From NCBI GenBank assembly GCA_964016885.1, contig OZ024755.1, positions 42,718,001 to 42,782,000 of the forward strand: a stretch of 64,000 bases of DNA, given 5' to 3'. The stretch comes from Eledone cirrhosa. Taxonomy: Eukaryota. Positions 56,259 through 64,000 of the stretch are shown piece after piece (the first letter of the stretch is position 1; each line of letters opens with the position of its first letter). The notes under the pieces were generated by a model. The model did not search any database. It had not been told where the DNA came from and was given only the letters and a program-made list of their open reading frames with translations. Position numbers and translations under genes: made by a program.

Positions 56259-56305
56259 TACAATATTTTCTGAGATTTGCATCCACTAATTTCGCTTAAT
56301 TAAAA

Positions 56306-57101
56306 ATGATGTTTCGCGGCTTTTTGATCGGCTTATTCATTTTTTCCATGGCACGAAAATGGAGTATTTCCATTTCGAATCAAAACTTTTCACTAAAATC
56401 GGGCAATTGGACTGATCAAATTCACATTCATGCCAGTTTTTACAAATCCATAATTAGAAATGTGGCGAAATCGAATGACCAGAAGGTATAAAAATATTAA
56501 TTCAAATGTATTTACTTATCATACCAACAAAAATACTTAGATATTTTGTATACCTGGGGCCCGTCAGGGCCAGGTAATGTTAATCGCCAACATTGTTATC
56601 TGTTGTCCTTTTGTGAAAGTATTGGTGGTTCATGTCGGCTCTAATGATCTGAATCCTCGTCGCACCGTTGGCACTACAAAGCTGTGCAAAGTAATACAAT
56701 AATTTTTGCCCAAGTATTTTTTATTAATCATTTATTTGTAAATTAAGGACAAAGTGCCCATTCGAGGCACAAAACCGGAAAAACAGGGGAAGAGTCTCTT
56801 TGCAAGGCTACAGAAAATAGCAGAAAAACACCACTGTACACCCATTTTCTACGGTGGTGTCATTCCAAGTCCACAAAGTGTAATTGAAAATAAAAATGAC
56901 TTGGGCAAGAGAAATTCTCGTTTGGAAAAGTTTAATTACTGCATGAAAGAAATGATTCAAAATTTGAACTTGCCCAATCTTCACAACATTGAAAATTGGT
57001 CAAAATTTGACAAATCTGACTTCAAACCAGATATGATTCATTTAAACAATGTTGGAAATCTTAAATTGACACAAATCTTTGCCAATGTTTTTGCCACCTG
57101 A
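56306..57101 (+). CDS. Spliced SGNH/GDSL-type hydrolase (esterase)-like gene; exons 56306(or 56348)-56485, 56541-56690, 56748-57101; about 213-227 aa
   Basis: Removing two phase-0 GT-AG introns (56486-56540 and 56691-56747) gives one open frame with all four SGNH blocks in order: KSIIRNV (compare GDSIIRNV), IPGA, VLVVHVGSNDL and PDMIHLNNVG. AATAAA lies at 57139. Confidence 0.8.
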
Positions 57102-57139
57102 TCCTTGTTCTATGGCTGACTGAATAATTTTGTGACTTA

Positions 57140-57245
57140 ATAAAATGTCATCATACTAGTAATGCACAATGGTCATTTTAAAATTTAAATTTTATTAAAT
57201 AGTTGTTGCTTACATTGCCTTAAAATAGTAACAAGAATGTACACA
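57140..57245. repeat. Imperfect direct repeat, copy 1 (partner 57820-57927)
   Basis: TAAAATGTCA...AGTAAT.CAC.ATG.TCATTT...ATAGTTGTTGCTT(A/G)CATTGCCTTAAAA(AA)TAGTA is present at both sites. Confidence 0.8.
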
Positions 57246-57272
57246 TACTTTTTAAAAATACATCATTATCAG

Positions 57273-57632
57273 TCAAATGTCACTAAAAGCCAGGTGGTCG
57301 ATAACAACTTCTATAAGATTAGTTACATGCTCACACATTGGATCACCTCTCATCAATGGCATTGGGTGTCTGAGATAATCGTGGAGATAACTGATGAAGT
57401 CACAAATGAAGTGATGGTCTTCCAGTGTGAACAACTCCCTATATCCATTGATATATGTGATGGCTTCCGATTCATAGGTGCATTTTATGAGGAATTCCAT
57501 GCATCCGATTTTCAGTGATTCAATGGGCATTTTATCAGAGATGATAAGGTATTTGACCGCGTTTTGCTTTGTAAGTAAATTGGAGAGAATCACTGCAGTC
57601 AAAGTCATTTCTTTGCATGGGTTTTTGTCCAT
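57273..57632 (-). CDS. 119-aa protein with an N-terminal BACK/SPOP C-terminal-like helical motif
   Basis: NLLTKQNAVKYLIISDKMPIESLKIGCMEFL resembles the post-BTB motif [30 protein letters not shown] of SPOP. A candidate 43-nt GTAAGT...TTTTTAG intron (57676-57634) ends 1 nt before the ATG. AATAAA on the minus strand lies at ~57191-57196. Confidence 0.55.
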   Translation of the reverse strand: MDKNPCKEMTLTAVILSNLLTKQNAVKYLIISDKMPIESLKIGCMEFLIKCTYESEAITYINGYRELFTLEDHHFICDFISYLHDYLRHPMPLMRGDPMCEHVTNLIEVVIDHLAFSDI

Positions 57633-57819
57633 TCTAAAAAGTTAAAATGATAAAGTATTACTACTATATAACTTACATCTATTGTTGTAACACCATTGAA
57701 ATGCACAAGTTTCACCAATTCACTATTATGCACTAATCATCTCAAATGCATTCATGATTTACTAGCTTTGTCATTAAGCCAGTTGCCTCAACTAGATTGC
57801 AATTATACTCAAAAGAACT

Positions 57820-57927
57820 TTAAAATGTCAATCACTTGTCAGTAATTCACTATGATCATTTAATTATTAGATAGTTGTTGCTTGCATTGCCTTAAAAAAT
57901 AGTAGACCAGATAGAAAAATGCGTACA
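57820..57927. repeat. Imperfect direct repeat, copy 2
   Basis: Matches 57140-57245 and overlaps the start of the left inverted-repeat arm. Confidence 0.8.
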
Positions 57928-58124
57928 GCAAAAAAAAGTAATTTTGTTAGAATATAAACCTTTAAAAATACAGGACAAGAAACTAAAATAAAACTTTAAA
58001 AGAATAGGACAAGAAACTAAGATAAAACTTTAAAAGAATAGGACAAGAAACTATGATAAAACTTTAAAGAATGGACAAGAAATAAAAAATTTTACAATAA
58101 TATTAGTGGCAACATTTTTTTATT
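57902..58124. repeat. Left arm of a ~220-bp inverted repeat with internal 34-bp tandem units
   Basis: Reverse complement of 58782-59003 with few differences. AGGACAAGAAACTA(A/T)(A/G)ATAAAACTTTAAA(A)GAAT occurs at 57972, 58006 and 58040, with a partial fourth copy. Confidence 0.93.
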
Positions 58125-58781
58125 CGTTTCCTGTGCTATGCCCCAGTATCTTCTTGATTAGTGCATAATAATTGTCATGCTCTCATTATGCGTTGCCCCT
58201 GAGCGGTTGGTTCTGGTTGGGGTTGGTTGGCTGAGCAGTTCTGCTCCGTCAGAACGACCATTGCAAGAAGAATTGGCCGATGCAGCTGCAGGTCTCCTCC
58301 AAGAATGCACTTCTGGTCCCGCAACACCAGACGAAGATGGAGAAGACGACCGGGACAAGATGTCGACTCTGACCACCGACTACGGCACCTCCCTCAACCA
58401 CCGGTCCTCCCTCCCCCTGTCCCGTCATCCCTCCAGTCCTCCTGCTCCCCCTTCATGTACCAGAAAGCTGTGGCACGCATTCATCTGGACTGCCGGACTT
58501 GAACTCAAGGACAAGATGCAAGGAGAAGATGGACGGGTTGGTCAAGATCAAGGATGAGCGGGACGACAAGACCATCCGCTGCTGCTCAAGATCTGTGCTC
58601 ATGGGCCCATGGGTCCATTCACATTATGCATGACACATGAGACGTATCGCCGAATGATGAAATAGGAGTATGGTTATGGCCCAATTGGTGTTCAAACCAG
58701 GATCAAATGATCCCCCCGGTCTGACGACGACCTCTGAATGTGGAACCCAGAGCCTATGAATGTGGAACTCGATTTTTTACC
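58125..58781 (+). pseudogene. GC-rich, coding-like segment between the inverted repeats; probably a decayed gene of unknown function
   Basis: GC rises sharply relative to the flanks. ORF 58177..58557 (acidic, then Pro/Ser-rich, then RKLWHAFIWTAGLELKDK) continues as protein-like text in shifted frames (KEKMDGLVKIKDERDDKTIR / LLLKICAHGPMGPFTLCMTHETYRRMMK*). AATAAA lies at 58782. No family recognised. Confidence 0.4.
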
Positions 58782-59003
58782 AATAAAAATTTTGCCACTA
58801 ATATTATTGTAAAATTTTTTATTTCTTGTCCAATTCTTTAAAGTTTTATCTTAGTTTCTTGTCCTATTCTTTTAAAGTTTTATCTTAGTTTCTTGTCCTA
58901 TTCTTTTAAAGTTTTATTTTAGTTTCTTGTCCTGTATTTTTAAAGGTTTATATTCCAACAATATTACTTTTTTTTGCTGTACGCATTTTTCTATCTGGTC
59001 TAC
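58782..59003. repeat. Right arm of the ~220-bp inverted repeat
   Basis: Ends ...CTATCTGGTCTAC, the reverse complement of GTAGACCAGATAG at 57902. Confidence 0.93.
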
Positions 59004-59158
59004 ATATTTAAATATATATATTTCGTTTTTTAATTTGTTTTGCAAGATTTCTTATCTGAAAACGTGTGTTGAAACATATTGTTATACTTTGGGAGGGTCA
59101 TGCTGCCACTAAAAACACATGCACCTGTTGATTGTCACTTCAATTTATTATAAATTTC

Positions 59159-59193
59159 TGGTTGGTTGGTTGGTTGGTTGGTTGGTTGGTTGG
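59159..59193. repeat. (TGGT)n microsatellite
   Basis: About 8.5 units seen directly. It explains the LVGW repeats in track ORFs. Confidence 0.97.
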
Positions 59194-59779
59194 GTCGATA
59201 ACGGGATGGTTGTTTATATATTGTCAAAGCTCTTTCGTCACACGTTCTGTGACCTCAGTGACTGGGTTTTTATTTTGTGTCTCACCTTGTTTCTTTATTT
59301 GGTTTTGTTTGGGTTTTCCTTAAAAAAACATCTTTTAGACTGCATCTCAATTCATATCAAGAAAATGAATGTGAAAATAGGTTTCATGTTATACAATTCT
59401 GCTGCAACATTTGCAGGAATGCTATAATTCCATAATGTGGATGATGCCCTCAAATTGAAGTAATCATCCAACTTTTAGTTACCTTATTGTTCTCTCTCTT
59501 GCCTCTCCCTCTCTCACTCACCTCCTCTACAGCAGCCAGATATATGGAGAGCAGGACATATTTTTTCTCCCAACATCACCCCCTTTGAATCCCACCACAC
59601 CTATCATACATCCATGACATATTTGCTATCCTCCACCCACTTATTGTCACTTATCCATGATATCATATTTATCGTCCATCCTTCTGCTTCTCGTCTCATT
59701 TTCCTTCCCCCATCCTATTTCCCTCCCCAACAGGGTAGAGAGGGCTCTTCAGTCGAGGACTAACAATCTCTAGTGCCAC

Positions 59780-60195
59780 AATAAAACAAACTAATACACA
59801 CTATAAAGTGGTTAGTTAGGAAGGGATTCCAGCTATAAAAAACATGGTTGAAATAACCTTTAAGTTACGATACAGTAACCTCTCTAGCAATGGTGCAACA
59901 AAAATAAACCCAGTACACCCTGTAATGTGGTTGGTGATAAGAAGGGAATCCAGCTGTAGAAACCATACCATAAAAGGTTTGAGAGGACACTGCAATAGTG
60001 TCAAGGGCATGATAAACTCTTTAGTATTGGTAACCCAATAAAACACACCCAGTATATTCTATAAAGTTGGTCAACAATAGGAAGGGTACCCAGTCCTAGA
60101 AAACTTCTCAAATAAAGGGTTGAGAAAACACTTCAATTGTATGAAAAGCATGACAACATCCCTAGAGCTTATGTTCTGATAAAATACTCTCAATA
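59780..60195 (+). repeat. Three diverged tandem copies of an interspersed-repeat segment (120-140 bp spacing)
   Basis: ATAAAA...CAGTACAC.CT(G/A)TAAAGTGGTT...TAGGAAGGG..TCCAGC..TAGAAA occurs at ~59781, ~59901 and ~60038. Copies 2 and 3 also share ATAAA.GG.TTGAGA..ACACT.CAAT.GT....GCATGA. Confidence 0.7.
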
Positions 60196-60347
60196 TGTAA
60201 ACGAGATGTGGCACCCAACCCGAGGCTTGTAGCTCCTATCAAGTACTGGTCTGTGGCAACCAGTCTAACCTTTGCAGGGAAAATGGACATTAAATGATGA
60301 AGATAACAATATGATGATGAATATAGATATGAACTCAAGATTCTTAA

Positions 60348-60545
60348 TAATTATAATGTAGGTACAAGGCCAGCAATTTTAAGAGAAAGCTCAATTATAT
60401 CTACCCCAGTACTTTACTACTTTATTTTATCAACCCCATAAGGATGAAAGGAAAAGTTCACGTAAGTGGGATTTGAACTCAGAACATAAAGAGCCAAGAC
60501 CACAAGATATTTTATCCAATGTCATTCTCTTCCAATCGTCCACCC
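60348..60545 (-). mobile_element. Degenerate tRNA-derived SINE copy
   Basis: Contains CAAGGCCAGCAATT...TTTATTTTATCAACCCCATAAGGATGAAAGGAAAAGT...GGGATTTGAACTCAG. The reverse strand has a B-box-like GAGTTCAAATCCC. Same family as the 52.8-kb palindrome arms. Confidence 0.75.
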
Positions 60546-60684
60546 CATAGATTCTTTAACAACTGATACTCTGTCTTTCTAGTTCTTCTAAACATCGACT
60601 GAGACATGTTTCGATATTTTTTATATCAACTTATTCTTGCATTACTTTCCACACTTCCATAAAATATACATTTGTCTTTGATAT

Positions 60685-60974
60685 CACAATAACAGTTGTG
60701 AAACTACTTGACAACACAACAACAGTTGTGAAACTACTTGACAACACAATAACAGTTGTGAAACTACTTGACAACACAACAATAGTTGTGAAACTACTTG
60801 ACAACACAATAACAGTTGTGAAACTATTTGACAACACAACAACAGTTGTGAAACTACTTGACAACACAACAACAGTTGTGAAACTACTTGACAACACAAT
60901 AACAGTTGTGAAACTATTTGACAACACAACAACAGTTGTGAAACTACTTGACAACACAACAACAGTTGTGAAAC
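60685..60974. repeat. 30-bp minisatellite, about 9.5 copies
   Basis: AACAGTTGTGAAACTA(C/T)TTGACAACACAA(C/T) at exact 30-bp spacing. Confidence 0.98.
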
Positions 60975-60985
60975 CTGGTTCCAAA

Positions 60986-63900
60986 CAAACAGACTCCAAA
61001 TGGTACCTACCAAGTCTACAACAGACTCCAAATAGTACCTACCAAGTCTACAACAGACTCCAAATAGTATCTACCAAGTCTACAACAGACCCCAAATAGT
61101 ACCTACCAAGTCTACAACAGACTCCAAATAGTACCTACCAAGTCTACAACAGACTCCAAATAGTACCTACCAAGTCTACAACAGACTCCAAATAGTACCT
61201 ACCAAGTCTACAACAGACTCCAAATAGTACCTACCAAGCCTACAACAGACTCCATATAGTACCTACCAAGTCTACAACAGACTCCAAATAGTACCTACCA
61301 AGTCTACAACAGACTCCAAATAGTACCTACAGAGTCTACAACAGACTCCAAATAATACCTAAGTCTACAACAGACTCCAAATAGTACCTACCAAGTCTAC
61401 AACAGACTCCAAATGGTACCTACCAAGTCTACAACAGACTCCAAATGGTACCTACCAAGTCTACAACAGACTCCAAATAGTACCTACCAAGTCTACAACA
61501 GACTCCAAATGGTACCTACCAAGTCTACAACAGACTCCATATAGTACCTACCAAGTCTACAACAGACTCCAAATAGTACCTACCAAGTCTACAACAGACT
61601 CCAAATAGTACCTACCAAATCTACAACAGACTCCAAATAATACCTAAGTCTACAACAGACTCCAAATAGTACCTACCAAGCCTACAACAGACTCCAAATA
61701 GTACCTAAGTCTACAACAGACTCCAAATAGTACCTACCAAGTCTACAACAGACTCCAAATGGTACCTACCGAGTCTACAACAGACTCCAAATAGTACCTA
61801 CCAAGTCTACAACAGACGCCAAATAGTACCTACCAAGCCTACAACAGACTCCAAATAGTACCTACCAAGTCTACAACAGACTCAAAATAGTACCTACCAA
61901 GCCTACAACAGACTCCAAATAATACCTACCAAGTCTACAACAGACTCCAAATAGTACCTACCAAGTCTACAACAGACTCCAAATAGTACCTACCAAGCCT
62001 ACAACAGACTCCAAATAATACCTACCAAGTCTACAACAGACTCCAAATAGTACCTACCAAGTCTACAACAGACGCCAAATAGTACCTACCAAATCTACAA
62101 CAGACTCCAAATAATACCTACCAAGTCTACAACAGACTCCAAATAATACCTAAGTCTACAACAGACTCCAAATAGTACCTACCAAGTCTACAACAGACTC
62201 CAAATAATACCTACCAAGTCTACAACAGACTCCAAATAGTACCTACCAAGTCTACAACAGACTCCAAATAATACCTACCAAGTCTACAACAGACTCCAAA
62301 TAGTACCAACCAAGCCTACAACAGACTCCAAATAGTACCTAAGTCTACAACAGACTCCAAATAGTACCTACCAAGTCTACAACAGACTCCAAATAGTACC
62401 TACCAAATCTACAACAGACTCCAAATAATAACTACCAAGTCTACAACAGACTCCAAATAGTACCTACCAAGTCTACAACAGACTCCAAATAGTACCTACC
62501 AAATCTACAACAGACTCCAAATAATAACTACCAAGTCTACAACAGACTCCAAATAGTACCAACCAAGTCTACAACAGACTCCAAATAGTACCTATCAAGT
62601 CTACAACAGACTCCAAATAGTACCTAAGTCTACAACAGACTCCAAATAGTACCTACCAAGTCTACAACAGACTCCAAATAGTACCTACCAAATCTACAAC
62701 AGACTCCAAATAATAACTACCAAGTCTACAACAGACTCCAAATAATACCTACCAAGTCTACAACAGACTCCAAATAATACCTAAGTCTACAACAGACTCC
62801 AAATAGTACCTACCAAGTCTACAACAGACTCCAAATAGTACCTACCAAGTCTACAATAGACTCCAAATAGTACCTACCAAGCCTACAACAGACTCCAAAT
62901 AATACCTACCAAGTCTACAACAGACTCCAAATAGTACCTACCAAGTCTACAACAGACTCCAAAGAGTACCTACCAAGTCTACAACAGACTCCAAATGATA
63001 CCTACCAAGTCTACAACAGACTCCAAATGATACCTACCAAGTCTACAACAGACTCCAAATAGTACCTACCAAGTCTACAACAGACTCCAAAGAGTACCTA
63101 CCAAGTCTACAACAGACTCCAAATGATACCTACCAAGTCTACAACAGACTCCAAATAGTACCTACCAAGTCTACAACAGATTCCAAATAGTACCTACCAA
63201 GCCTACACCAGACTCCAAATAGTACCTACCAAGTATACAACAGTTCCAAATGATACCTACCAAGTCTACAACAGACTCCAAATAGTACCTACCAAGTCTA
63301 CAACAGACTCCAAATAGTACCTACCAAGTCTACAACAGACTCCAAATAATACCTACCAAGTCTACAACAGACTCCATATAGTACCTACCAAGTCTACAAC
63401 AGACTCCAAATAGTACCTACCAAGTCTACAACAGACTCCAAATAGTACCTACCAAGTCTACAACAGAGTCCAAATAATACCTACCAAGTCTACAACAGAC
63501 TCCAAATAGTACCTACCAAGTCTACAACAGAGTCCAAATAATACCTACCAAGTCTACAACAGACTCCAAATAATACCTACCAAGTCTACAACAGAGTCCA
63601 AATAATACCTACCAAGTCTACAACAGACTCCAAATAGTACCTACCAAGTCTACAACAGACTCCAAATAGTACCTACCAAGTCTACAACAGAGTCCAAATA
63701 ATACCTACCAAGTCTACAACAGACTCCAAATAATACCTACCAAGTCTACAACAGACTCCATATAGTACCTACCAAGTCTACAACAGACTCCAAATAGTAC
63801 CTACCAAGCCTACACCAGACTCCAAATAGTACCTACCAAGTATACAACAGTTCCAAATGATACCTACCAAGCCTACACCAGACTCCAAATAGTACCTACC

Positions 63901-64000
63901 AAGTATACAACAGTTCCAAATGATACCTACCAAGTCTACAACAGACTCCAAATAGTACCTACCAAGCCTACACCAGACTCCAAATAGTACCTACCAAGTA
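60986..64000. repeat. 32-bp satellite array, about 95 copies, open at the right window edge
   Basis: Consensus ACAGACTCCAAATAGTACCTACCAAGTCTACA (starts at 61021, 61053 and onward), with 29-bp (TACCTAAGTC) and 31-bp (CAGTTCCAAA) variants. Confidence 0.99.

Noticed and set aside
51583-56282. Remaining short track ORFs (51583, 51757, 52461, 52717, 52991, 53170, 53786, 55213, 56010, 56091)
   Set aside because: They are short, show no motifs, and several overlap repeats or low-complexity DNA, consistent with chance ORFs.
57237-57518. 93-aa plus-strand ORF
   Set aside because: It is antisense to the better-supported minus-strand ORF, which has a domain-like motif, a splice acceptor and a polyA signal.
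59119-59427. Hydrophobic membrane-protein-like ORFs
   Set aside because: They arise from the (TGGT)n microsatellite and T-rich low-complexity sequence.
60631-61099. Three repeat-protein ORFs (TTVVVLSSSF, VVSQLLLCCQ, KLLDNTTTVV)
   Set aside because: These are by-products of a 30-bp unit that is stop-free in several frames on both strands, with no sign of codon-level constraint.
60986-64000. Telomeric repeat or relationship to the 77-bp satellite
   Set aside because: There is no TTAGGG-type unit and no convincing similarity to the 77-mer on either strand.

Overview
Eukaryotic, repeat-dominated window with no prokaryotic features. The SINE-like repeats resemble elements I recall from octopus genomes, so a cephalopod is a tentative guess. 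Bases 1 to ~50806 are one uninterrupted 77-bp satellite array with a recurrent 59-bp deletion monomer and kb-scale higher-order duplications. Bases ~60986 to 64000 are a second, unrelated 32-bp satellite preceded by a 30-bp minisatellite. The ~10 kb island between them holds decayed retroelements (an RTE-like LINE piece, several CRE-clade LINE 3' ends, SINE copies, one forming a 100-bp-arm palindrome) and microsatellites. It also holds a compact cassette at ~55.9-59.0 kb that the ORF track splits up. The cassette has a three-exon SGNH/GDSL-type hydrolase gene with 55- and 57-nt GT-AG introns, a convergent small gene resembling a SPOP-type BACK helix region, and a GC-rich decayed coding segment between ~220-bp inverted repeats. 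I infer it is cargo of an unclassified mobile or viral element. All calls were made by eye and no searches were run.
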